DNA from: Isurus oxyrinchus
Lineage: Eukaryota
Length of the DNA: 64,000 nt
Reading direction: 5' to 3'
Assembly (NCBI GenBank): GCA_026770705.1
Contig: JANJGN010000385.1
Span: 496,001 to 560,000, forward strand
Shown: piece by piece, positions 47,891-59,449 of the stretch
Position numbering within the stretch: the stretch's first letter is position 1
Layout: each line of letters begins with the position of its first letter
Notes under the pieces: generated by a model
What the model saw: the letters and a program-made list of their open reading frames with translations, nothing else
Databases searched by the model: none
Told to the model about the DNA's origin: nothing
Position numbers and translations under genes: made by a program

Positions 47891-49379
47891 TTCTCCGCCG
47901 ATGCTGCCAGACCTGCTGAGTTTTTCCATGTATTTCTGTTTCTGTTTCTGTTTTGAATTTCCAGCATCTGCAGTTTTTTTGCTTTTAGTGCTGGGCAGTT
48001 CCTCAGCAAGGATTCGGGCCACAAAACATTGCGAGTGCTGTGGGTCTGCGCCACGATTTAGAGAGCTGTGCTTGGCACGCCTATTCTAGTCCCAGTCCAG
48101 TGTGGTGGGGAGAGTCTGGCAGTCCTGGGTTGGTCGTGCCCAGCATGGTGTGCAGGACGTGGTCAGTCCCTCACACACGTCCATCCTGGGGGTGGGTGTC
48201 TTGATACTAGGCCGCAGGTGGCACAATCCCAGTCAGGGGAGGCATCTGCAGCCTGTCAGTGGGGAGCAGGTAATATAGAGAGTAGGGGTGGGGGTGGGAA
48301 TCGAGGGGGGCCGGTGGTCTCTGTAAGTCACAGTACAATGGGCCTCTAGTTGGAGAGAGGTCAGGTCTACATGGGGCATTGGGATGTCAACATCAGACAG
48401 TCTAGGGAGGAGGACTGGGATGTCAACCCCGAACACAATAAGATCAAGGATTAAAGAGGAAGGGAGGAGACTGATTGGAAGGAGGGGAATGTGCACATTA
48501 TGCTCCTCCAGCACGATGGGAGGGACTGTGATGGTTACGGGGGTGGGGGGGGGTGGTGACGTGTGAGGGGATAGACGCTTACCTGGTGGTATTGCCTCAG
48601 CCTCACCCTTTTTCAAGCTGATCCAATGTCGCAGTTGAAGAATAAGCTACAAAACAAATTGGCAGGGGAGGTCTCCCAGGGCCTGTGGGAGACATCACCC
48701 ACTGCATCTTCGGCCTGTTTGAAGGGGCACCCGAACAATTCCGGCTTTTCCAAATGATGAGGAAGACACAGCTGCACCCCGAGTCCCCTACTGGGGATCC
48801 AGAAGGTTGCAATAGCGCTGCGAGGGACTCATGGGCTCCACAGTGACTCCCTAATTAGCAACTGGAAGGTTTATGTTCATTTATCTTTATTATCCGTTCA
48901 TATTGAGCTCCTGATTTGTCACCTTACTGTACCTCGTCCAATGCTTCTGTTATCAGGACTTCCACATCGATGTGAAAGAGCCATGATGATAGCAGACAGT
49001 CGCACAATGGGAATGGCACTAGGCCAGTGATCCAGAGGCCCAGGTGAATGCTTTGAAGGCACGGGTTCAAATCCCACCACGGCAGCTGGAGGAATTTCAG
49101 TTCGATTAATCAATAAATTTAATTGATTGATACATTTTTTTCTTATTCATTTCAGGGATGTTGGTGTCGCTGGCTAGGCCAGTATTTGTTGCCCATCCCC
49201 AATTGCCTTTGAGAACATCTGGATATCTGAGTTAGGATCAGGAGTAGGTCACTCAGTCCCTCGAACCTGCTCTGCCATTCAGTAAGATCATGGCTGATCT
49301 GATTGTCACCTCAACCTCAGATTCCTGCCTACCCCCAATGACCTTTCACCCCCTTGTTAATCAAGAATCTATCTAGCTC

Positions 49380-51340
49380 TGTGGAAGGGGAGCCAATCAA
49401 TCGTGCTGCTTTGTCCTGGATGGTGTCGAGCTTCTTGAGTGTTGTTGGAGCTGCACTCATCCAGGCATGTGGAGAGTATTCCATCACACTCCTGACTTGT
49501 GCGTTGTAGATGGTGGACAGGCTTTGGGGAGTCAGGAGGTGAGTTACTGTCTGCAGGGTTCCCAGCCTCTGACCTGCTCTTGCAGCCACAGTGTTTATAT
49601 GGCTGGTCCAGTTCAGTTTCTGCTCAATGGTAACTCCCAGGATGTTGATATTGGGGGATTCATTGATGGTAATGCCATTGAATGCCAAGGGGCGATGGTT
49701 ATGAATGGTCTGTGGGATATTCTGGTACAAAATTTCAACACTCAGACTCCAGATGCAATATTCAAGTGGTTCCTTTATTAGGCATGTGGGGAGCAAACGC
49801 TGGGCAGTCCAGGCGCTTCTCCACCGAGGTTCAAATGAGCACAGTTTATATATTTTTTACTCTCAGTTACAAGGTAATGGTATTAGTTAGACAAAGGCCA
49901 CAGCACAATGACCCTCCGGTGGGCTGATAATTGTGTTCTTGTTCAGTAATTACAGGGCAGAGACTGGCTATTGTCCTTTTGAGACAGCAAAGAATCTATG
50001 TTTGTTCGCTACAAAAGGTTACCGGAGGCTGACTGGATGTGGTTCAAGGCCATCGGACGGTGTGAAATAACCTTCCCCATTTCTTGATTGAGTCACCCTG
50101 TGTCCTTGTGTGTGTGTCTCCCATTTCCTCATTGCAAATTTACAGCTGAGCCCTTAGTACAGGTTTTTAAGTTTTCACGTAAGGATGTGTACGCTTTGGT
50201 GCCCTAGCTGCTGGTCCTGGCTGGCTCTTGAACATAAATCCAAATTTTCTGCACCTTCAATTAGATTCTCTCTTGTTGGAGCTGGTCATTGCCTGGTACT
50301 TGTGTGGCATGAATGTTACTTGTCACCTGTCAGCCCAAGCCTGGATGTTGTCCAGGTCTTGCTGCATTTGGACATAACTTGCTTCAGTATCTGAGGAGCC
50401 GTGAATGATGCTGAACATTGTGCAAACATCAGCAAACATCCCCACTTCTGACCTTATGATGGAAGGAAGGACATTGATGAAGCAGCTGAAGATGGTTGAG
50501 CCTAGGACACTACCCTGAGCAACTCCTGCAGTGATGTCCTGGAACTGAGATGATTGACCCCCAACAATCACAACCATCGTCCTTTCTGCTGGGTATGACT
50601 CCAAGCAGCAGAGAGTTTTCCCCCGATTCCCATTGACTCCAGTTTTGCTCGGGCTCCTTGATTTGCCACACTCAGTCAAATGCTGCCTTGATGTCAAGGA
50701 CAGTCACTCTCACCTCACCTCTGGAGTTCAGCTCATTTGTGCATGTTTGAACCAAGGCTGTAATGAGGGCAGGAGCTGAATGATCCTGGTGGAACACAAA
50801 CTGAGCGTCAGTGAGCAGGTTCTTGGTAAGCAGGTGCTGCTTGCAAGCGCTGTTGATGACCCCTTCCATCACTTTAGTAATGATCAAGAATAGACTGCTG
50901 GGGAATTGGCTGGGTTGGATTTGTCCTGCTTTTTGTGTACAGGACGTACCCCATAGCCGGGTAGTTGCCAGTGTTGCAGCTGTACTAGAAAATTCCAGAA
51001 AAGCTTGGCTAGGGGCGCAGCAAGTTCTGGAGCACAAGTCTTCAGTACTATTGCCAGAATATTGTCAGGGCCTGGAGCCTTTGCAATATCCAGTGCCTTC
51101 AGCCCTTTCTTGATATCACGTGGAATTAATCGAATTGGCTAAAGATTGGCATCTCTGATGCTGGGGACCTCAGGAGGAGGCCGAGATGGATCAGCCACTC
51201 AGCACTTCTGGCTGAAGATTGTTGCGCATGCTTCAGTCTTGTCTTTTGCACCGATGTGCTGGGCTCCTCCATCATTGAGGATGGGGATATTTGTGGAGCC
51301 TCCTCCTCCAGTGAGTTGTTTAATTGTCCACGACTGGATG
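49380..51340 (-). mobile_element. Non-LTR retrotransposon RT fragment (CR1/L2 superclade)
   Basis: LDIKAAFD, AGVAQGSVLG..MFADV, ILGVTIEQKLNWTSHI. Confidence 0.85.
49702..50259. mobile_element. Solo LTR nested in the LINE
   Basis: TGAA...TTCA termini with gtta/atta TSD; LINE sequence resumes on both sides. Confidence 0.6.
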
Positions 51341-53184
51341 TGACATCTGGAATGCGAAGCTAGTCTCAGTAATGGTGACCATGAAACTAAGGCCAATTGT
51401 TGCAAAAACCCATCTGGGTCACTAATGCCCTTTGGGGAAGGAAACCTGCCGTCCTTACCCATTCTGGCCTACGTGTGACTCCTGACCCACAGCAATGTGG
51501 TTGACTCTTAACTGGCCCCTGAAATGGCCGAGCAAGCCACTGAGTTATATCAAAACCCGCCACAGACCAGTCAAACCAGGCGAACTGCAGCACTTCGAAA
51601 AGGCAGCTCAGCACCCCCTTCTCAAGGGGTCAGTCTGGAACAGGTAACAAACGCTGTCCACATCCCATGAAAGAATTTTGGTAAAAAGGTAGCCGTGTAT
51701 CACCACCCACGCCCAGCGGCAACCCCCCCACCCCTACCTGATTGCACCAGTTTCAGATTACACCAGGTCAATGACCGTATAGAAACTCAAACCAATGAGA
51801 TGAGCACAGAGCAGGATCAAGCCAGAGAGAGTTGGTGGGAAGAATTGGGAAAGCAACAAAAAAGGCAGAGCGGACACTAACACTATAACAAAGTAAAGAC
51901 CAGAGGAGGAAGGAAGCAAGTGCGAAGAGGAATTGAGAGTAGAGCTGGTAGGCTGCTTGTCGAAGCCAAGGAACCTCCATAGGGCACATCCACAGTGCTG
52001 TTGGGGAGGGTGATACATGATTTTGACCCAGGATCATCAAGTGTTGCACTGGCAGAACCTTTAAAGTAAAGGGACCTTTACTACCCATGCACCGCCCCGC
52101 CCTACAAAGCTGTTGACCTGCTGAGTCCACCTGTACAGGCAACCTCCAGACAGTTGGCTACAGAGGCCATTGCAGCTGCTGAATATGACTTCCCGTTTCA
52201 AACCCTTCATGAATGCAAGGATGGAGAATTCAGCAGGAATATTCCTGCACACCCTGTGGCAGATCCTGTAAATAAAAGGGACCTTCACTCACTCCCCAAA
52301 GCTGCTGACCTGCTGATTCACATCTACAGGCAACCTCCAAATAGTCAACTAGAGAAGACAACGCAGCTGCTGAATGTGACTCCTAGTTTTAAACCCTTCA
52401 CTCTGGAAAGAAGGAATCCAGAGCAATGGCCTCAGTATGATTCTTCACAGAAACTGATTTTAAATCTCATGTCTAAGTATTATTTTTCCTTTGCTTACAT
52501 TTTAATCCCTGCACCTGATGGCTTTATCGCTTCACATTTAATAACTTTCAGCAGGAGCCACGTTCAAATTGAATGGACAAGCTGGCTTGGGAGGCCAAAA
52601 GGCCTACTCCTGCTTCTGTTTATTTATGTTAGTGTTGTTATGTAGTGGAACTAGAGAGGTTATAGCAGTTATGAGAACATTAAGCAAACAGCAGCAAGAA
52701 TTGAACACCTACGTTGTGGTTTATGAAAAGGTTTTCAACCTGGTCAACTGGTAAAATCTGTTGAAAGTGGGCTATCATGGCGTGTGCCCTTTGTGAGATA
52801 TTTGTAACAACGTTCTCGATGTCGGAACAGCTTGCATTGAACAAAGCTGATCTTTACCCAGAACTTCAGAGGAAGGGGGGACAATTGTTCCCTGGTGTGG
52901 GGGGCATGGTGGGGGGGGAGGGTGAGGGAGAGACAAGTAGCCTGAAGTACCAAGCCAGACACTTTGTGAAGACAAAAGTTGTTTATTCATTTTTTTTTAC
53001 AACTCATAATCTTTACAATTAAAGACCCGACAAGATAATGGTGAATCATGAACACATTGTCGGGGTGAATCTGTGCCCGGGAGCATAAAGCAGCAAAATC
53101 AGGAGCCCGCTTTACATCTCTCTGAATTTTAACTATCATTAACCCCAGTAACATCCATTCAAATGACTTAGTCATAAGATTCCT

Positions 53185-53615
53185 CACACATTCACTTGCA
53201 CACTCACACACCCACACCCACACAGACACACTGACACACTCACTCATTCACATTGACACACACTGACACAGTCACACACACCCACACAGACACACTGACA
53301 CACTCACTCATTCACATTGACACACACTGAAACAGTCACACACACCCACACAGACACACTGACACACTCACTCATTCACATTGACACACACTGACACAGT
53401 CACACACACACATACACACACACACGCTGACACAATCACACACATTCACATTGACACACACATATTGACAGTCACACATACACACACACACTCACTCATA
53501 AAGACAGACACAAACACAGCCACGCACACACTAACACATACTCACACACACTCACTCACGCACACACACATTGATACACTCAAACACTCACAGACACACT
53601 CACATACTCACACAT
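53185..53615. repeat. (CA)n-rich microsatellite
   Basis: Imperfect CA/ACAC repeats. Confidence 0.85.
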
Positions 53616-54107
53616 AAACAAAGAAGTTTACATTATAAACACTATAAACACAGGTTAGATTAAAAGTGCAGTATATTGGTACAAAGATAGGCCATAATGA
53701 AAACTTCAATATGAGATCGTCACTAATAAATCCAATGGGGATTTCAGGAGAAATCTCTTCACCCAGACAGTGGGGAGAATGTGGAACTCGCTCCCACAGA
53801 GAGTAGTTGAGGTGAATAGTGTCGATGTATTTAAGGGGAAGCTGGATAAACACACGAGGGAGAAATGAATAGAAGGATATGGTGATGGGGTGAGATGGAG
53901 AAGGGGTGGGCGGAGTCTCGTGAGGAGCAGGAACACCAGCATGGAGCAGATGGGCCAAATGGCTTCTTTCCCTGCTGTAAAACGCAGGTAAAGTTTCAGT
54001 TGGAATTAATGAACAGGGCCTGTGTTAAATAGATTGCTAAGCAGTAGATAAGGAGGGGAGAGGCTGTGGCATGGTGCAGGATGACCTTGCGTGAATGAGG
54101 CCAGGGT

Positions 54108-54224
54108 CTAATATCTACAGCAGAGACCACAAGTCTCATTTGGTTCTCTCCAATTACAGCAGTTACAGCAGAATCTGCAGAGCTGCTGTCTGCTCATTCT
54201 GTTCTGGCGCTGCAGCAAGGAGCC
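54108..54224 (-). CDS. hamp: Hepcidin exon 3 (pro-region end, furin site and mature 8-Cys peptide)
   Basis: Acceptor cttttccAG at 54226-54225. Phase-0 translation is GSLLQRQNR-MSRQQLCRFCCNCCNWREPNETCGLCCRY* (TAG 54110-54108), with the hepcidin C-x2-CC-x-CC-xn-C-x2-CC pattern after RxxR sites. Confidence 0.93.
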   Translation of the reverse strand, partial: GSLLQRQNRMSRQQLCRFCCNCCNWREPNETCGLCCRY

Positions 54225-54309
54225 CTGGAAAAGCAGGAGGACAATAGGTGAGAACATTCCGGAAAGAAAGAAGGCATCATTTCAATCAGGCGCGTCATTG
54301 GAAGGAGGA

Positions 54310-54925
54310 TGGCGCATTTCTATAGCGCCTTTCCCCTCCTCAGGATGGCCCAAAGTGTTCCACAGCTGAAGGAAGGACTTTTTCTGAAGTGAGCTCACCG
54401 CTGTAATGTAGGAAACGCAGCAGGCAATTCACGCACAGCAAGATCCCACAAACAGAAATGTGATAATGGCCCCGATTTTCAGTTTTTTACCAATGTCAGT
54501 TGAGGGATAAATGTTTGCCCCAGGAAAGCAGACATAACTGCATCTCATCCACCCCCCACCACCCCCTCCACACATACCCCCAACTCCTGACGCACTTCAT
54601 CTAAATTGTGGCCATGGAATCCTCTATATCCACCTGAGAGGGCAGATGTTGTCTCAGTTTAACATCTCATCTGAAAGACAGCGCCTTCAACAGTGCAGCA
54701 CCCCCTCAGTACTGACCCTCCGACTGTGCAGCACTCCCTCAGTACTGACCGTCTGACAATGCAGCACCCCCTCAGTACTGACCCTCCGACTGTGCAGTCC
54801 CCCACCGGTACTGACCCTCTGACAGTGCAGCACTCCAAGACTGACCGTCTGACAATGCAGCACCCCCTCAGTACTGACCCTCCGACTGTCCTGCCCCCCC
54901 GCCGGTACTGACCCTCCGACAGCTC
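54310..54925 (-). mobile_element. DeuSINE-like (SacSINE1-type) SINE running into 33-bp repeats
   Basis: ...cagtttaacatctcatctgaaagacagc...acagtgcagcac... followed by tandem 33-mers. A similar copy is at 56620-57165. Family assignment is from memory. Confidence 0.55.
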
Positions 54926-56463
54926 GGTAATTTCTCAATTACGCCTGGTGGTCCTTTTAACTCAGAGCTGAGAGTTGCAGAGAATCGAGCAGACACCCTG
55001 AACTGACACTTGCAGTGCAAGTACTGGGAGCGCGCTGGTCATTATCATGCTGCTGTCTGTGGGATCTTACTGTGCGCCAATGGCTGATTCTTTTCCCACA
55101 GTACATCAGTGACCTCACATGAAAGAAAAAAAGCACTTGATTGTCTGCGAAACAGTTTGGGACGTCCTGATGTGTTGGAAGGCGCTAGAGAAATGCAAGT
55201 CCTCTTTGTCTTTCACTCGATCCTCTAAGGTGTCTGTTGATTAACCAGCCTCTCGGTGTATGATGTAGGCCTGGTTATAAACAGTTAGAAGGATCAAATA
55301 TCAAAAGTGCTTTGGCTGACAGTCAAACCGATTGTGCATTCGGAGAGATTAGATATGGTCTGCACACAATGACTCCAGTCTCTGGCACTGACTGCCGCCT
55401 GGGGTCTCCCTTCCACATAACACTCACAACTTGCATTTACACAGCGCCTCTGACATTGCAAAATGTCCCAGCCCACATTACCGGAGCGTAAATCAGAGAG
55501 AAGTCTAACACTGAGTCACATATGGAGATATTAGGGATAGGTGACCAAAAGCTTGGTCAAAGATGTCAGTTTTTAAGGAGCGTCTTAAAGGAGAGAGAGA
55601 GAGAGAGAGGCAGAGAGGTTAAGGGAGGGTATTCCGGAGCTCAGGGCCCCAGGCAGCTGAAGGCACGGCCGCCAATGGTGGAGCGATGGGAATCAGGGGG
55701 ACCCGGGAGATGCAGTAATGTCAGAGATTTTGGAGGAACATCGGGACCGGAGGAGGTGTTCTCCTGCTCCATATCTCTCTCTCTCTTCCTCTCATCCACT
55801 CCTCCTCTCCCTGTCTCTCTCTCTCTCCTACTCTTCCTCTCAATTGCCCTCTCTCCCAATCTTTCTCTCCTCTCTCCCTTTTCCTGTCTCTCTCCCTCTC
55901 TCTCTCCCTGTCTCATTCTCCCACTCTGTATCTCTCCCTCTCTCTCACACTATTTTTGTACCTTTCGCTCACTCTGTAACTCTCCCTTTCCTGTTAATTT
56001 CTCTCTCTTGGACAATCTCTCTTCCCTTTTCACTTTCCCTCACTCTGCATCTCTTCTTTAATTTCTCCCTCTGTCACTCTCTCCCACCTATGTTCTTTCC
56101 CTTTCACCCCTCCCCGTCCCACTCTCTGTCTCTCTCTTCCAATCCCTCCCTCCCCTATTCCATCCCTCTCTCCGACTCTCGACTCCCAGCCTCTCTTTAA
56201 CCCACTCCCAGGCTGGATCAGTCTCCCTCTCACTATTCCCGGCGTGGGTTACATTTAAAATTCCTGTGGGGATATGTTCACTTCCTTGGAATTGCCTCTT
56301 CCCAGCTTTGCAAAAAAAGTTGGGGGGGGGGGCTCGATTTCAAACATGCCTCCTGAGTATAACCGAGACAGACTGCCACTGAAATCAGCTTGAAATCAGA
56401 AAACTTTCTGTGGAAGAAACGAGCAGGGAGAAACCTTAAAATAAGGAATGAATTTCCACCTAC

Positions 56464-56520
56464 CGTGTCCGGGGAATCCACAGATTTCTCAATCGTCGAA
56501 GAACCTAAAGCAGTGTCAAC
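56464..56520 (-). CDS. hamp: Hepcidin exon 2 (pro-region)
   Basis: 57-nt phase 0/0 exon bounded by ctttttgcAG and GTAGGT. It reads VDTALGSSTIEKSVDSPDT, in frame with exon 3; the other two frames have stops. Size matches the short middle exon of vertebrate hamp. Confidence 0.75.
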
Positions 56521-57229
56521 CTGCAAAAAGAAAGAATTTATCAGGGAGAAAGTGAGAGGAGGATTGAGGGAGAGGGAGAGAGAGAGAGAGAGGTACAGGA
56601 GAGAGAGAGGGAGGAGGACAGACTTGCATTTCTCTAACGCCTTTCACCACATCCCAAAGCATTTCACAGCCACTGAAGGATGTTTTTGAAGTGCACTCAC
56701 ACTGTAGGAAATGTGGCAGCTGATTTGTGCACAGCAAGATCCCACAAATAGCAATGTGATCATGGCCTAGATCATCTGTTTTTGGTGATGTTGGGTGAGG
56801 GATAAATATTGGTGCCAGGACACCGGGGAGCTCTTCCTCCAAAGAGTGGCTGTGGGATCTTTCACACCCGCCCGAGAGGGCAGACGGGGGACTCAGTTTA
56901 ATGTCTCATTCAACATTGTTGCGCTCCCTCAGTACTAACCCTTTGACACTGCAGCACTCCCTTAGTATTAACCCTTCGATAGTGCTGCGCTCCCTCAGTA
57001 CTGTCCCTCCGTCAGTGCAGCTCTATTTCAGTACTAACCCTTCGACACAGCAGCACTCCCTCAGTACTGACCTCCGACAGTATAGCACTCCCTCAGTACT
57101 GTCCCTCCAATAGTGCAACACTTCCACACTACTGACCCTCTGAGAGTGCAGCACTCCCTCAGCACGGAGCGTTTATCTACATTATGGGACTGAATTCCCT
57201 GGAGTGAGACTCAGACCAGTGATTTAGGT

Positions 57230-58485
57230 AGGGTTGTGGGGGCTGGAGGAGGTTACAGCGATAGGGAGGGCTGTAGAGGCTGTAGGAGGTTACAGAGAAA
57301 GGGAGGGTTGTAAGGGCTGTAGGAAGTTACAGAGATAGGGAGGGTTGTAGAGGCTGTAGGAGGTTACAGAGATAGGGAGGGTTGTAGGGGCTGGAGGAGG
57401 TTACAGAAATAGGGAGGGCTGTAGAGGCTGTAGGAGGTTACAGAGATAGGGAGGGTTGTAAGGGCTGTAGGAAGTTACAGAGATAGGGAGGGTTGTAGAG
57501 GCTGTAGGAGGTTACAGAGATGGGGGAGTTGTGGGGGCTGGAGGAGGTTACAGAGGTAGGGAGGTGTGTAGGGGCTGTAGGAGGTTACAGAGATGGGGTG
57601 GTTGTGGGGGCTGGAGGAGGTTACAGATGTAGGGAGGGTTGTAGAGGCTGGAGGAGGTTACCAAAATAGACACTGCTGTAGGGGCCACAGTAGGTTACAG
57701 AGATAGGGAGAGTTATAGTGTGGAGAGGAGCTTATAGAGTTCAGGAGGATTGTAGGGGCTGGAGGAGGTTACAGTGATTGTGAGGGTTGTGGGGCCTGGA
57801 GGATTTTACAGAGATAGGGAGGGTTGTAGGGTCTGGAGCAGGTTACAGAGATAGGGAGGGTTGTAGGGTCTGGAGCAGGTTACAGAGATAGGGAGGGTTG
57901 TAGGGTCTGGAGCAGGTTACAGAGATAGGGAGGGTTGTAGGGTCTGGAGGAGGTTACAGTGATCGTGAGGGTTGTGGGGCCTGGGGGAGGTTACAGAGAT
58001 AGGGAGTGTTGTGGGGACTGTAGGAGGTTACATAGATAGGGAGGGTTGTCGGGTCTGGAGGAGGTTACAGAGATAGGGAGGGTTATAGGGACTGGAGGAG
58101 GTTACAGAGATAGGGAGGGTTGTAGAGACTGTAGGATGTTACAGAGATAGGGATTGTTGTAGGGGCTGGAGGATGTTACAGAGATAGGGAGGGTTGTAGG
58201 GGCTGGAGGAGGTTACAGAGATAGGGAGGGTTGTAGGGGCTGGAGGATGTTACAGAGATAGGGAGGGTTGTAGGGGCTGGAGGAGGTTACAGAGATAGGG
58301 AGGGTTGTAGGGGCTGGAGGAGGTTACAGAGATAGGGAGGGTTGTACGGGCTGGAGGAGGTTACAGAGATAGGGAGGGTTGTAGGGGCTGGAGGAAGTTA
58401 CAGAGATAGGGAGGGTTGTAGGGGCTGGAGCAGGTTACAGAAATAGGGAGGGTTGTACGGGCTGGTGGAGGTTACAGAGATAGGG
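57230..58485. repeat. 37-bp minisatellite (LINE 3'-derived) in hamp intron 1
   Basis: Unit aggggctggaggaggttacagagatagggagggttgt; related arrays at 18215-18530, 36745-37190 and 61140-61720. Confidence 0.92.
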
Positions 58486-58689
58486 AGTCGCTGAGGAGGG
58501 ATTGAAAACAAGAATGAGAATTTCAGGGGAAATGACAGAAGGAAATGATGTTAAATTCATAGAGGGTGACAATATTAAAGGCACGAACATAATAATATCA
58601 AACTGCGGAAGAGACCAGTCTATCTGGGTGGTAGACGTAGAGTCATGTGCAAGAAACACCTCACCCAGAGGGACATCTCTTAGCTTAAC

Positions 58690-58766
58690 CTCGACAAGGA
58701 GAAGAAGTGACTCAGCTGCAGGGAGAGCAGCAAAGTCAGAGTGAACAAGACAAGTCGCCATTTCAT
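58690..58766 (-). CDS. hamp: Hepcidin exon 1 (signal peptide; 1-nt frame conflict)
   Basis: ATG 58766 gives MKWRLVLFTLTLLLSLQLSHFFSLS (signal-like) but reaches the donor AG|GTTAAG in phase 2. A second ATG at 58761 gives MATCLVHSDFAALPAAESLLLLVE in phase 0, in frame with exon 2. A TATA box lies upstream. Confidence 0.72.
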
Positions 58767-58849
58767 CTGGGAGCTTCCCATCTCTGCCTGTCTCTTCTGA
58801 TCTTCTGGCTCTGCTTTGATGCTTTGGTTTGTAACTAGAGGAGCTTCCT

Positions 58850-59340
58850 GCTCTTATACCTGAAACACTTGAAGGGGACAGCCGCGGGTGGGTAGCTGTG
58901 TGGTATTACACCCATTTCTGGATATTGCAGTGTCGATGTTCCCTGTCCCACTGGCCTGGGACCAGCAGTAAGGTCACTGGGACATTGACTGTCTGGCGCC
59001 GAGAACTATCAGTCCCTCCGCAACGCCCTTCACCTTGTGCAAATATGTGTTCATATTGATGAAACACAACATAGCAAAAACATAGGGGCTGGTTCTTATG
59101 TCGGCAAATCAGGTGAAGCGCACGCCCCCTAACCCCTTACTCCTCTCATTGCTCCTCCTTCCTGCCAGACACTTACTATTTTACAAATTGTGTGCGTTGC
59201 TTTTATTTTGGACAAGGGGCCTCGAGGGGGAACTGATTTACGCTGAGGTTTAGGGGTTAACAGCCATGTCATGTGTTGATCGGTCAGTGTTTACCATGTG
59301 GAGACTGTCTGTCACCAGCTTTGTTAATGGTTTATCCAGG
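58850..59340 (-). promoter_or_regulatory. hamp: Putative hepcidin promoter
   Basis: TATAAG at ~58858-58853; GGCGCC BMP-response-type element at 58995-59000 abutting AGAC/GTCT; C/EBP-like TTGTGCAA at 59035-59042; HNF1-like GTTAATGGTTTAT at 59323-59335. Confidence 0.6.
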
Positions 59341-59449
59341 AACATTGAAGGGCATGAACGTTCTTGCTTTGTATGGAACAAGTTACCGACTGGGTTCAGT
59401 CATCGACTCAGACTCACATCAACATAAACTGGCTTCTGACAGGTAAGTT

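Noticed and set aside
54160-54248. Plus-strand exon-like stretch with AG...GTGAG
   Set aside because: Antisense of hepcidin exon 3, which explains the sequence far better.
55522-56233. Leu/Ser-rich hydrophobic ORFs (also 60070-60658 and 60969-61286)
   Set aside because: Translations of (CT)n low-complexity sequence.
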